Assembly: GCA_000165425.1 (NCBI GenBank)
Contig: CT867997.1
Span: forward strand, 496,001-560,000
DNA: 64,000 bases
Source of the DNA: Paramecium tetraurelia
Lineage: Eukaryota
Direction: 5' to 3'
Shown in pieces: positions 13,858 through 28,592 of the stretch. The notes below the pieces were generated by a model. The model searched no databases. It was not told the origin of the DNA and was given only the letters and a program-made list of their open reading frames with translations. A program made the position numbers and the translations under genes. How positions within the stretch are numbered: the first letter of the stretch is position 1; each line of letters starts with the position of its first letter.

Positions 13858-15219
13858 TTTAAGTTAATAAAATTAAACGATAACATTTTGTATACAAAAT
13901 AAAATGGAATATTATTATAGTATTATATCACAAAATAGTATAGTTGCTGATTAACTAATTTTGAATTCTCAATTTATCCTTTATATTTAAGTGTTTCAAG
14001 ACATCCCATCCTCTCCGAATTTCTTCTTCAATCTCTTTCAAATAATTAATTTTGTTTAATAAATCACGATTAATAGTTCTTGAGATGAGTAATTTCTATC
14101 TGATTGTCCTTTATTACAAATTATTGATTCATTCTTAATTATTTTATCAAACTACTTTCTCACACAATATTGATTTCTAAATGCCAAAAATATTTGGAGT
14201 CTTGATTAAATTTCATTCAGTATGCTGAAGAATCCAAAACAAATGAGATGCTTATTTAAATCCTAAGAAAACTTTAGACTTAACATTTTTTATGTTTTCA
14301 TTTATCCTCTTTGAAATTGAAACAAAAATGAAAGTCATCAAGTAATGATTAATCGTTTTAATAAGGAATTGAGATTTTAGAGTAGATGTGTGATTACGAT
14401 TAACACACTTCAAGAAAATCCATCACAAACAATACAATACTTATTTTTATAGCAAAATTAAAACTTTCAATAATTGAATGTATTATTTAGCAGTCCACTA
14501 TAAGTATTGATTCTATTTGTCTTAGGATTAAGCATGCAATTCTATTTGATATTTCTTCAAGGCCGTAGCTCATTAAATAATTGTAATAATATATATAATC
14601 AGTAATGGGTTTTCGTAATATCCGCATGAATTTTCAGCAGACCGTACGTGATTTTACATCATAAGAATATAGTTTTATTAATCAGTGTAACTATGACTAA
14701 AGTCCATGAAGAATTGTCACCATTTATGAAAATCATCATAAAATAAAAATTTATTAAATTAATGAATTTTTTTTATCAAAATAATCTGACTTTAAAGTCG
14801 AAAATCATCCCTATACCAATTTATTTAGCATTTTATAAAGTCGAAATATTTTCACTTTAAAATTTTTCCAAAACCTCCTGACTAATTTAACTTATAAATT
14901 TTTAAAATGACTTCTCAGATAATTCTATTTTATTCTCCCCATAACAATCTCTTTAATTAAGTGAATTCGTTAACTAAGGAGGAGAGATCAATCAAAAAAT
15001 TAGACTTGAGATAATAATTAAAAATAAAATATGAACTAATCTAATACTTAAATATTAAATTTTGACTGTTATTAAATCAAATTTATAATTTTCATCTTTT
15101 AAGATGGTATGACTTTTTTAGTTTTCAAGAACATTTAAAGTATGTTAATTATCATAAATAAATATGTAATGTTTAAGAATTGATTGATTATAATATTTTA
15201 TGTTTTTAATAAAAATTAT

Positions 15220-17997
15220 TCATTTCTAGATTTTAAATCTATCTTATTTATTTGCTGTGGGCTGTGGTACAACAATGGGTTTTATATTCCTAAAATATTA
15301 AGATGCATAATTATACCAAATCTTTTAAGCATACTCATGAATAGTTCTATCGCTACTAAACTTGCCTGATCTGATAGAATTGTAGAATGCTTTCTTAGCC
15401 CATTAAATCTTATCTTGATATAATTGATCAATCTGAAGAAATATTGGATGTATAACATACTTTAATTTGAGCTTAGGCGTAATGATAGAAGTCATGTCCC
15501 ACTAAATAGAAATCATTTCTATTTGTAATTGAGTCTAATAGTCCATGATGATCGTGTCCAAATATACCTGATCTTATAGCTTAGATAACATTCCAAAGAG
15601 GTTTTTGAACATATTGATAGGGATCAGAGTTTTTCATATTGTCAATCAATTTACCAACTTCTTCTACTCTTGCACCAAAAATGAAAATATTATCAAGTCC
15701 AACTTCTTCTGCAATTTCAATATTGGCACCATCCCAAGTTCCTAAAATGATTCCACCATTCATTACGAATTTCATATTGGATGTTCCTGATGCTTCTGTG
15801 CCTGCAGTTGAAATATGTTGAGAAATATCAGAGGCTGGTATAATGATTTCTGCTGATGATACATTATAATTGGGTAGAAACACTACCTTCAAGTAATGAT
15901 TAGTATCCAAATCATGATTTACGACTTCAGCAACAGCATTAATTAATTTGATAATTCTTTTAGCATTCAAATATCCAGGAGCTGCCTTTCCTCCAAAGAA
16001 AACAGTTCTTGGTGCGAATTTTCTTCTGCCTTCAGTAGGAGTATCCTTTAATAAAAGATATCTATAGATGACATAAAGGATGTTCATGAATTATCTTTTG
16101 TATTCATGAATTCTCTTAACTTGAATATCAAATAGAGTATCTGCATTAACTTCTACATTGCAATATTGTCTAACCCATTTGATGAGTCTTAATTTATTAT
16201 TTCTTTTGACTTTCATAAACTAGATTAATGCCAATTGATCTTCGCATTTGTCCTCTAGAGTTTTCAACATATCCATATTGAGTACCCATTCATCTGTGCC
16301 TAACCATTCATCGTACAATTTAGCCAATTGTTGATTGCATGATCTGAGCCATCTTCTTGGTGCAACACCATTAGTGATGTTAATGAACTTCTTAGGTCTC
16401 ATTTCATAATGATCCTTAAACAAATCAGTCTTCAATAAATCTGAATGGATTCTTGCAACACCATTAACCATATGTGATCCAATGATTGATAAATTAGCCA
16501 TTCGGATCTTTTTCACTGGGCCTTCTTCGATAAGTGAAAGTGCTGATAATTTGTGTGCATCTCCTGGGAATTTAGCACTTACCTTATTCAAGAAAATCAT
16601 ATTAACATAGTAGATAATTTCAAGATGTCTTGGTAATAAACTACCTAGCAAATCGACACCCCATTTCTCTAAAGCTTCAGGTAATACTGTATGATTTGTA
16701 TATCCAAAAGTCTTGGAAATGATTTCCCAAGCATTTGCATGAGTCATACCCTCTTGATCAATCAAAATTCTCAAGAGTTCCAAAATAGCTAAAGAAGGAT
16801 GAGTGTCATTTAATTGAATGGCTACCTTCTCTGGTAGAAGGGACCAATCTCTTCTTACTTTTTTAAATCTTCTGGTAATATCTTAAAGAGTAGCACTAAC
16901 TAGTAAATATTCTTATTTCAATCTGAGTTCTTTTCCAGCATAGGAACTATCATTTGGATATAAGACTGATGTTATGTATTCTGCTTTTTCTCTGGCTTCT
17001 AATGATTTGAAATAATCTCCTTCATTAAAACTAGTAAAATCAAACTCATTTGCTGGCACAGATCTCCACAATCTCAAAGCAATAGTATTGAATGTCATAT
17101 ATCCTGGGATTGGAGTATCGTAAGCTCTGGCTACTATTGTTTCCTATTAGGTCTAATAAAGATTTATACTCCTGCTTCCCATAATGACTTTTCTTGACCA
17201 TTCTCATGTCTCTTGACTACTCTTCCATAAAACTTGACTGGATATTACACATCCAATCTCTCGATTTCCCAAGGGTTACCCTTCTCTAACCAGTAATCAG
17301 GTGCCTCCACTTATTACCCATTTTGAATCAATTACTTGAATATTCCATAACTGTATCTAATGCCATAACCAAAGGCTGGGTAATTCAACGTTGCTAGTGA
17401 ATCTAAAAAGCAGGCTGCTAAACGACTAGAAAATAATTGATTATTTATACCCTAATCCACCATTTCCTAAGGCTGGATCTACTTCTTCATCATAGAGGTC
17501 TTCCAATTTGTAACCCAATTCTTGAACTGCTTCTGTGTAAGAGTCTTATAACCCTAGATTTCCTACAGCGTTTTATAGACATCTTCCAATTAGAAATTCA
17601 ATTGATAAATAGTATACTCTCTTGCAATCCTATTCATGAAAATACAATTGAGTATCATTAAAACTTTCAATCAATCTATCTCTTATAGAGTGAGACACAG
17701 CTTAATAACAATGTACTTAATGGAAATCAAATCTTGTTCTTGCAAGTGAAAATTCAACATGATTCACTATCTGCTCCTAAATACTTAATTTTATATTGGA
17801 TCATCATACCTTTTCTTGTCAGAAGGCAAGTAATTTTACATCAAATGCCACAATCTTTCATGATTAGCCAAGCTTTGCGTAGATCCAAACTCAGGTCTAA
17901 ATAATTAATTCATATTTGAATTGGACCCACAAAAGGATTTCCTAGACATTAAGGTCTTCGATTCACTGTTTTACATCTACTTTTATAAACCTGACAT
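15220..17997 (-). CDS. PYG: Glycogen phosphorylase
   Basis: [56 protein letters not shown], and the PLP-lysine motif [10 protein letters not shown], then GKFSSDRTI. Several short introns. Confidence 0.97.
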
Positions 17998-18050
17998 TTT
18001 ACCTTAAGATATTTATATATAAATTATTTATATACAAAACAAACAAACAA

Positions 18051-19119
18051 TCAATTGTGAAATAACTTAAATTTATTTTAGTCATCATCAAATAGTTGTT
18101 AATGTAATTATAGGATGCTTTAATCGTCGATCCTAGTACTCTGCTTGATATAACTATTAATCTGTTTGCTCCTATAAGGCTTGATGATGTTGAGATCGTC
18201 CTTTCCAAAATGACTTTGAATTGATCCAAACTTATATTCTATATTTGGATAGTTTTTTATTTGTGAATACATAGCCTATTTTTTAACTGAAACAGTAGGT
18301 CTCATAGGACTTATTGATCTTGATAATTTAGTACTGAAATTTTTAGAAGAGTAGTAATTGCTTTACTTAATAGGTGTCAAATGATTCTTGCTTATCAATT
18401 CAGGAATTGGTATTTGATGCCATTGATTTCTTAGCGAAATTGGATCTTTGGACTGCTTAATGATTTCAACAATCTCATTATTATTAAATCTACTCTAGGT
18501 ATACTGATTTTCAGATTTGTTATAGAATATTCCAATTCCATTTAATTATCCATTTTTAAAATCCCCGATATACTTGTCTCCTGACTCAAAAATTATGCCT
18601 CCCTTACCATCTAATTGTTAATTCAGGAAGTAGCCATATTCAAACTTATTCTGCTTAGTGTCATATAACACTCCGATCCTTCTGTTTTCATTTTAGTTTT
18701 AATTGATGAGAGTACTAAAGTAGAGCTAAGTCTCATTCATCAATTTCCAATTCTTGAGTTGTGTTTTCAATAGTATCAACTAAGTTATTTAATTATATTA
18801 CAAAATAGGAATTGTTCAATTTGTTTATGATGTCTAATTCTTCTTAATCTTAAGTTTGGGTATTGTCCACAATGGTTTCTCCATTGAAGTATTCGTACTT
18901 TATCAATCCTACTTATAAGCCGTTCTCGTATTTGCAATACTTGAATTTATTAGAGTATATGAGTTAGCAATATCCATGCAAAAGTCCATTGTTAAATTAA
19001 CCCACTATAATATTATCATTATTAATGAATAATCCCACTCCGCTTATTTTGTTATCCATCCATTATCCATAATAAAAAGACCCATTACTCCAATAATAAC
19101 CTCTCTCTTTTAATAACAT
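18051..19119 (-). CDS. MORN-repeat protein (start uncertain)
   Basis: YWSNGSFYYGQWMDNKISGVG, GQFNNGLLHG, GDKYIGDFKNGQLNGIG. One 22-nt intron. Confidence 0.75.
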
Positions 19120-20310
19120 CGTTAATTTTATTTTTATAAAACATTTAATAATTTAAAATGATGAACGCACATCATTGATCAACTCAATTTACATCATTTT
19201 AAGAGTATTATTAATTATTGCAACATAAATAAGGTTGCTTCAAATCTGCAAATTAGTTTATATAGGAGAATGAAAAAATAGAAATCCTTTTCAAAAGAAT
19301 ATCACAAATTATTTATCATCTTTGAAGACTATCATAGTTAAGTAAGAGAATATAAGAATTTTAATTAAAGTTGTTCTAAGTTCTCAGATTATAAGATCCA
19401 AATCTTAAGAATTTAAAGTTTATCTAGACTTTAAATATTATCATTCAAAAGTGAACTTTATCATCCTTAACCATGATACCAATACAAATTTGAACATTTA
19501 AAAGCTTAGAATACTACTTGTTATATATAATGAGCTTTTCTAAAAAGAACTTGAAATTGAACTTATTTGATTATTTAAGTTAAGTAATGAAATAGATATA
19601 TGATTATTAAAATTTGAAGTTTCATCTCTTTATTAATTACGGATGATGGATTATATATCTTAATTTAAGTTTTCTAATAGAATTTCAGATCTATATATCC
19701 TCCTTACAGTATGAGTTATAAAGGATTGATGAAATTTTACTCTAGATTAAAGATTATTAAGAATATTAGTGAACTTGAAAACTTGATGCATACGTGGTTG
19801 TTAGGGCAGTTATAAATATTTTTAATCAGTTAAGTTTTTGAAGTGATTAAAAATTGATTCATTATTAATATTAGAAAAATACAATATCTTATATTTATTT
19901 GACATCTTCATAGAATAAGTAATGAAATTTTTTAATATTAACTAAAAAGGATCATCATCCTAAGACTTTTGGAATATAAATTTATACTTTTATATTATTA
20001 GGATATTTAGCTTTTCTGAAAATACATTAATAACAAATTACAATAATAGTTAATTAATATTTATTAGAATTGATACTGAGTATAAATAATCATGAATTCG
20101 ATTAATATTTATTTACGTTAAACTAATGAATATGGTGTTAAATGCAATAAGTTTTCACTATTATAGATAAATCTGCAGTTTTTAATTTAATTCCATAGTG
20201 AATAATCAAGATAAATGTATATGAATCTGCAAGAATATATTACAAAATAATAATAATAAAAGATAGAGAAAGAATATTTTATAAATTTATTGTTTATAAT
20301 AATAAAATTA

Positions 20311-20746
20311 ATGTTTGGTTAGAATGTTGATACTTAAGACCTAAAGATTCTTAAATGTGTGCATGATTACAAAATAATGAGCAAGAAATTAAAGATTCGT
20401 GCCTTTGCCTAGTTTCATTAATGTTAATATAACTGCGTAAAAGACATAAATTCCAAAACAGTGGAGACTTGTTTCAAGCAATGTGAATTAGGTAATATTA
20501 ATGCACAAAAATTCATTAGAATTGGATAATTACTTTGAGGAGAAGTAGAAGAGAAAAATAGGGAATAAAGTGTTTTATGCATTACCTATTTATAACAATT
20601 CTGATCCATCAAAGCAATATCTTATTCCGTAAGATTAGTAAGGAGAATATCAAAAAAAGACTATACAATTTGAAATCGAATCTCAACGTAAATTAAATGA
20701 ATTGAAAAACATTCTAGATGAACGTGGCAAGATTTATAAGTTGTGA
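20311..20746 (+). CDS. Small twin-CX3C protein (small-Tim-like, probably mitochondrial intermembrane space)
   Basis: MFGQNVDTQDLKILKC..FHQCQYNCVKDINSKTVETCFKQCE. Intron 20492-20519. Ends ERGKIYKL-TGA. Confidence 0.7.
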
Positions 20747-20810
20747 TTTATATATACACATATATCTATATAATGTAAATAAAATTAATTTTTTAATTCT
20801 GTAGCTACAA

Positions 20811-22137
20811 ATGGCCACTCATTATAGATTAGATGAATAGCATCATTTGCTTTCAACTCATAAAACAAAGTTCCAATTACCAAAGGGACACTTCCTATTT
20901 ACATCTGAAAGTGTTAGCGCTGGTCATCCTGATAAATTGTGTGACTTCATTAGTGACAGCATTCTTGATGCCTGTTTAGACCAGGATCCCAATTCTAAAG
21001 TAGCTTGTGAATCAGCATGCAAAAACTCTCTTGTTATGGTTTTCGGTGAAATCACAACAAATGCTTAAGTGCCCTATGAGACAATCGTCAGAGAAGCAAT
21101 CAAAAACGTTGGTTATGATAACATAAGTAATCCAATTAAATATTACGTCATTTTAGGCAAGGGATTGGACTACAAGAATGCATCCATAATAGTCTCACTA
21201 GACCAATAATCTAGAGAGATTAATCAAGCTGTCGTGGGTGCTAAACACGAAGACGAGATTGGCGCAGGAGATTAAGGATTAATGATAGGATATGCATCAG
21301 ATGAAACCCCTGAATTGATGCCATTGACTCATCATCTCTGCAATAAACTAATTGCAAGACTCCAGGAATGCAGAGAAAAAGAAATCTGTCCTTGGATGAG
21401 ACCAGATGCTAAAGTTTAAGTTACCGTTGAATACAAAAGAGATGGTGCAACATTCTTCCCCGTTAGAATTCACAATGTCTTAATCTCATAATAACATGAT
21501 GAAAAAATCACACATAGTGAAATATAAGCAGAATTACATTCTCATGTTCTCAAGTATAACTTAATTCTATTTTCAAAGGCATGTTTTACCTCAATAATAT
21601 GTTGACGAACATACTCAATACCATTTGAATCCATCCAAAGCATTTACTGTGGGTGGACCATATGGTGATGCAGGATTGACTGGTCGTAAAATCATTGTAG
21701 ATACTTATGGTGGATGGGGTGGCCACGGTGGTGGTGCATTCTCAGGAAAGGATCCCACTAAAGTTGATAGAAGTGCTGCTTATGCTGCCAGATGGGTTGC
21801 CAAATCATTAGTAGCCTCTAAATTATGCAAGAGAGTCATGATTTAAGTTGCCTATGGTATTGGTATCAGTGAACCATTGTCAATTTCTGTTAATTCATAT
21901 GGAACACATGCAGAAGGTTATGATGATGATGATCTATCTGAAATTGTCTAAGAAAGCTTCGATTTGAGACCAGGAGTTATTATTAGAGAACTTCAATTAA
22001 GAAGACCCATTTATGCTAAAACTGCTTCAGGTGGTCATTTTGGTAGAACTGAATCTGAATTTTTATGGGAAAAACCAAGAATTATAGATATTGTTGCATG
22101 GAAAGCTAATAAGGAATAATAATAATAATAAAAATGA
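20811..22137 (+). CDS. MAT: S-adenosylmethionine synthetase
   Basis: [58 protein letters not shown]. Two introns. Ends KEQQQQQK-TGA. Confidence 0.98.
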
Positions 22138-22174
22138 ATTGATATTATGTTAAAAATATAAATAAACAAGTAAT

Positions 22175-25100
22175 TCATGATTTTTTTTTATTTAGTTCAG
22201 CTCCTATTAATTTTAGCTATTCCCTTAATTACAAATTTTCAATCATTGTTTTCTATCATAATGACTTTATATTTATACTTCTATTATCTCTTAAACATTC
22301 TATTTCTTCTTCAGTTACTGGATTAATTTAACATCTTCTTATTCTATCCTATATTTTATAGAATATTAATTCTTACAAATCAGCTTCAGTTAGATTCGGA
22401 TATGCTTTACTAAGATGATATGCTAACAATTAAATGTATGAAACTTTTTCTTCTAAATCATTTGTCAATTTAACTATCTTTCCTGAAAATTGATCCTTTA
22501 TTGTTTTATTCTGCATTTCCAATTCTTTTATTCTATTTACTAAAGACTCCACAACTATTTTATCTTTCTTTGTCAATGGAGCTTCAGACACTTATTTCTA
22601 TCTAGCCTAAAAATCTTTCATAGCATGCACGTCCTTTATTAAACTTTATATCTCTCCTTACAATTAAGATATTCGTTATTATTTCTATTGATTATCTTTA
22701 TTTAATTCTTCTATCTCTCTTGTACTTAGCATATTAAAATCATCTAATTATTTCTATAAAATTTAACAATCCTTTAATGATTCATTATACTAAGATTCCA
22801 AAATTTTAAAATCTTACAATTATGATTAAAGTAGCTTTTCTAATTCAATTATTTTAGTGTTTCTCCTATCCAATTCTTCTTAAGATATTTCTAGTTACTT
22901 CTTCAATTTCTCTAATTCTTCCACTGTCTCAGTCAATTTTTCTTAAACCTAATAATTTTAATTAACTTTACCTTTTATTTCTACCTCTCAAATTACTTCA
23001 ATTGCTTTCTTAAACTTTCTAATTCCTCCGATTATTTTTGATTTTTTTCTTATAACTCTTTGGTTAATTGTGTATTGTGAGTAAATATATTTGCTTTATT
23101 CTCTTGCTCTGCTACTAATGCAAGTGCTTATTAAAGTTCACTTTCCAATCTGAATCTATCTTCTGAAATTACTCTTAATTCCCTAAGTTCTTGATGACAT
23201 AACTTTAAGTCATCTTTCAATTATTCATTTTACTATTTAAATAATCCAATTTCCACATTTAATTTCGAATTAATTATACTTTGCTCCTCAATTATTGATT
23301 ATAAGGCTGCACATTTCTCTGTAATAGCCTCCATAGATGTAGAGGTAGAGTTTCTTGAAGATTTTTAATGCAGCATCCTTGCTTAATCTTCTTATAACTA
23401 CTTCAAAGAAGCAAGTTCACTTTATAATTACCTAATTTGGTTTTATTATTCCTTTGACTTATTCTCTAGTATTTGATAATCCTTTTAAGGAATTTTCTAT
23501 TAGATCTCACTTAATTATGCCTATTCATAACTATGATTTTTAAAAAAAGGAGTAGGATTCGTTAAATTTGTTGAATCCTAACTTTATTTGGTTTATAATT
23601 ATTAGGTAATTGTTTATACTTATTCCTAAGATTATAGAATTTATATCTTTTACTCTTGAATTTTTTCTTTAAGCTCTTCTATTAAATTATTTTATTGTTC
23701 TTTTTCTTGTATTAGCTACTATTAGATTTGCAAATGTTCTCTTTATTATTTCAAAATTTAAGAATTCAACTCCTCTATTTAATCCTTTAACTCATTATTC
23801 TGAGCATTATTTTAAATATCTGATTTCTCTTAATCAGGCCCCTTTTAGAGTTCTTAAATTTTTAACTAAAGCTCTTGATTTTCAGTTTTAAGTTCTTTGC
23901 ATTTAAAATCCAACACTTCCATTTCATTTAGACTGTTTTACATCATCCTTCCTTCACTTTCAACTGTATTTAATTGTTACTTTAGTTCCTAGATCAACCT
24001 GTGTAAGTCATCAATCTATGACTCATGCTTCTGCTTTATTGATAATAACTTATTTTCATATTTCTATTCCATTTGATAAAGTTCCTCTTAAAATGCAGAT
24101 AATTGGAGATTTAATTATTCTAATTAAGTATCTTTCTCTTTTAGTTAAACTTAAGATATTTGTAAAGATTAGATCATCTCATCCTGTTCCATTCTTTATT
24201 TTTTTAACAAATCCACTTCCTACTATTATTCTTTAGACTTTTTCTCAAATTGCTCTTAATATAATTATTTCTATTCTAAATTCGTAATTTCGATTTATTC
24301 AATCTACAACTGCAATCCCTCAATTTCTTCTTGCATTCTTTGTTTTTATTCGTTGAATATTTATGCTGCTGTTTCAAATTCATTACGTAATTGCAACAAA
24401 CTATTTTAATTCTCCTAATTGATTTTCACCTCCAAATTATTAGAATTCGATTCTAATTCAACCTGATGGGAATTTTTAAGCAAAACTATTTACTCTTCTT
24501 ACTCTTGTATTTTATTATTAAAAACAACAATATGATCCTTCAGCTATTGAATTTCAGATAAATATTATTATTCCTACTCTTTCATTTATTAAGTTGCTGC
24601 ATGAAGGTTTGATTAAGTTGATTCTAATAATACACCTTGAGTATTGAATTCACTTAATAGTTTGATCTCCTTTTCTTACTCTTACTTCAAACTTGCTTAC
24701 ATTAGTTCTAGGTCTTCATGCATTTTATCTTGTTTCTCCACTAACTCTTAGACTTATTACTGTAATTAATTAATTTTCTCCAAACTAACTTCATTGTTTT
24801 TTTATTCTTATAAAATTTAAGATTTCTAAATATCAAATTCCTTTTGGAATTGTTAAACCATTAGATTTTTTTGTTCTTATTCAGTTTATACACTGTTCTC
24901 TAAGATTTTATTTTCCTCCTTTATATTTTCAATTTCCTATAATAAAAGTTGAGCAGATTCCAAGTCTTTTATTAGAATTTATTTCTATGATTCTTCATTT
25001 TAGCATATTTAAGTTAAATCTTCAATTTCTTTAATATACTTTTCAATTGTATGTTTCTGTTACTCCTTAAATTATTGTGATTCCTATTAGCAATCTAATA

Positions 25101-27498
25101 GCAATTATTTTTATATTTGAATTTCATTTGAAAGTTCACTAATCTATTGGTCATATTAATTGATTATCTATAATCTTTGTGCATTTAAATTACTTTGAAG
25201 TGTCTCCTCATACTATTTAGTAATTTCTTCTCGTAATGAAGAGCATTTAGCTTCTAATATTTATCTATCACTTTCCAATTTTGTACTTAATTCTAAAAGG
25301 TCTTATTGAAGTTAATCTATTTTTTTATCCTTTTGACTTTCATTTTGAATATTTATTTCAATTTCAGAGCCAAAATTCTAATCTTTTGTTTTATTCGATA
25401 ATAAAGATATCTCTTACATCAATATTTTAGTATTTTAATCATTTTATTAAGATAATTATTCTAAATCATTCACCTTTAAATTAATCGATTCTGTCCATAA
25501 TACTAATTATGATTAGAAGGATTATTTAATTTCTTCAAGTTATTTAATCGTATTCTCTTTTTCATTGATTTATGAAGTTAATGTTTCAACTTAATTTTTA
25601 AGTTCTAATAATGTCTCTTCTTATTATTATAATTTTAAATTGTAATTATTGTTTTCTTCTTATAATTTAGATACATCTATTGATTGTTATTCAATATTCT
25701 ATCTTAGATTAATTAAAATTTCCTCTTTTTCTTGTAATTCTATTTTTATTTATTATTTAGAGTTTGTTATTTCCTCTTAGGCATTCTATAATTCTTATTA
25801 GATTTAAGCTTTTTCCAAACTGCTACTTTCTTTGAGTTTATCAAATTAAACTAAATAGTCCTAATTTTTTTATTACAATTCTTAAACTGTTCTTTCATAT
25901 TCATTTAATTTTTATTATAAATTTTCTTTTGAATCAATTTCCAATATTAATTTTTCATTATTTTAATGTATCTCTTAATTAAGCTTTTCAATCTATTCTT
26001 TTTAAGTTTAATGCATTATTTCTAAATTCTAAATCTACAAATCTTATTTTTCACAATCTGCAATTTAGTTATTCAGCTTTTCAATTTGACTGTTTAAATC
26101 TTACTATTAAATAGTAATAACCTAATTATTTTGGATTTGCTATTGTAATTGATTGTTCAATTCTTTAATTTTATCTTCTGAAATTTACTTTTCATCCATT
26201 AGCTACTATTGGAGAGACTTAATGGTATTTTAAAAGTTCTCTATATCTTGAAGTGAGTCATTTTCAAATGATTTATATGTTTGTTATTATTCTAGAAGTT
26301 TTGATTCCAATTAGCTTATTTTCATTTCTGCCATGTCTTTCTCCTCCAATAAATTTAAGCATTTTATATCAAAACGCGATTTTTGTTCAATTTCCTTCTA
26401 ACACTATTCTTTTAGTTTTATTATTTGTTTTTGCGATTCTTCAATTTACTTTTTAAATAAAGTGTTTTCATCAATGATCTATGTAATAATGTCTTCCTAT
26501 TATTTAATTTTCATTTTTTATTGTTCATTATTATTATTAATGGATTATGATTTTTATTTTAAATCTTTAATTTCAGCATTTGCTTTTTCTATTTATTCTT
26601 CGAAAGATTTAATAGTTTTTTGATTTTTTTGTTCCGATGAAGACAATTATTGATTTAACTAATGAATTTCATTCTATATTTTTTTAATTTATTCATTTTT
26701 TTCATTTAGTTATCTTTGTACTGACTGTTCAAGTTTGACTTTTTCATTATTGACATCATGTGTTTTTTATTACTCTTTTCTCAATTATTCAGCCAGATTC
26801 TATACAATAATTTTATTATCTTATTTGATGATGTCAATCAGATTATTTTATTCCTTCTCTTGTATTTTATAAGAGTCTATTTCTTTTTTTAATTTGGAAA
26901 TCATATCTAAATTACTTTAATGCTTCTACATTTCTTATTATAATTTGTCCTTAGATGATTCTGATTTCTATAATTTTTCTATTAAGGACTCTATATCAAT
27001 TCTATGTTAATTATTCTATTCTAATTAAACCTCTTAAAGTTAATTATATTTTTGTTCTGATTTTTTCAAAGTATTCTGTACTTTATCATATTCCATTTGC
27101 ATATTGTCTAATTTACTCTAATACTCTTAAATTTATCTTTAATATTCCTCATTTTTATGATTAAAATCATTTTCCAATTCTTAGATTTATTTTTATTAAG
27201 AAGATTGCAAATTGCTATATTAAATTTCTAATGAGGCGTATTTTTTAATTTATCCCTCAAGTTCAAGTTTCACGTTCTCAAAATTTTATTGTAATTATTC
27301 GAATTATTAATTCTTTTCATTTGCATTCTTTAAAATTTAATCCTCATTAATTTAATGTGCCTTTGATTCTTCATCTTAGCCATTATTTAAATCCTACAAA
27401 TTATTATTAGTTTCATCTTAATTTTAGTATATTACTTCTGTTTAGTGATTATTTTGATCATTTTCTACAGAAATTAATTCTTCTGCTTAATTATCCAT
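22175..27498 (-). CDS. Very long coiled-coil protein (about 1740 aa) with GRIPAP1-like C-terminus
   Basis: Continuous E/Q/K/L heptad-rich frame from MDNQAEELIS. After short introns it ends NVQEIIEKTMIENLQLREQLKLIGAELNKKKS-TGA. Confidence 0.8.
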
Positions 27499-27884
27499 AT
27501 AAAAAAAATTATATTGGGAAAGTCAATTAATTCTTTCTATATAATTTAATTAGGAAGAATTTATTCATTTCTATCCTACCTAAAATACTTGTACTTGCAC
27601 TGAATGAGATTTCAACTAAAAATGCATTTAGTATAATTATAAAATGTTGGCAGAATAGTTTATAAAATTTTTATCTGTAAAATGTCATTAAATTATTATA
27701 TTTGCTTAAATCTATCAATTTGAAGAGTCTTGTTTGATATAGGAATAGCAATGTGCACAAACTCAACTATTTGCATCCCTAATCAACTAAATTTGCACTA
27801 ATTTATTCTGAGCTAAACCTCAATTTTAACAAGAAGACATCTTCAGGAAATCTATTTCCATTGTTATAAATAATAATAAAAAAA

Positions 27885-28592
27885 ATGTTCTTGTTTGAAA
27901 AAAAGTCGTAAAGAAATAGTACAGAATAGTAATCATTAAAAAGGTTACAAAATGACATGCTTGATGAAAAATTACAAGAATTTGATGATGATACCTGTGA
28001 AATTAATTTTAAAATGGTTAGCTCAATATTATAAATTGTTATGATTCCAAAAATTGGACCTTATGGATTTAAAAAGTTTTTTGTATTCCTTTATCTAATT
28101 ATTAGTTTTTCCTTGATTTTAGAATAAATTACCCTTATTCTCCTCCTAAAATATAAGCAGAATCAGATATCCCCCATCCAAACATAGATAGGAGAACTTA
28201 AACGTTTTATTTATAACTTCTGGAACCACAGAATTGGAGACCAATTTATGGGTATTTATGAAACATATAACAGTTTGACTGATATCATCAAAGCTATGAA
28301 ATAGACATTAATTTATGTAGATTTCACACACATACCAAATGAAGCTACTTGCCTCTTAATGGCTCAAAAAATATTATAACAAAATTAAACTCTTCAAGAA
28401 ATTGATTTCGAGTTGATTCATTTTGAAATTAGTGACAATTTTAAGATAAATTTTGAATTAAATGCAAACGAATTTTCTAATGAGGAATATAATTACTCAA
28501 GAATTTCTTAAGAACCAGCAACTATTAATTTATTAAAAACATAAAGACATACTTAAAATGATAGAATCATTTTTAATAATATAAAAAGTTGA
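27885..28592 (+). CDS. Ubiquitin-conjugating (UBC/E2) fold protein lacking the catalytic Cys
   Basis: SLKRLQNDM..IPKIGPYG..NYPYSPPKI..IPHPNIDRRTQTFYLQLL..WRPIYG. Two short introns. Confidence 0.8.

Noticed and set aside
22117..22131. (TAA)n runs here and at about 11140-11160 and 39400-39550 as microsatellites or stop arrays
   Set aside because: They are poly-Gln codons inside coding sequence.
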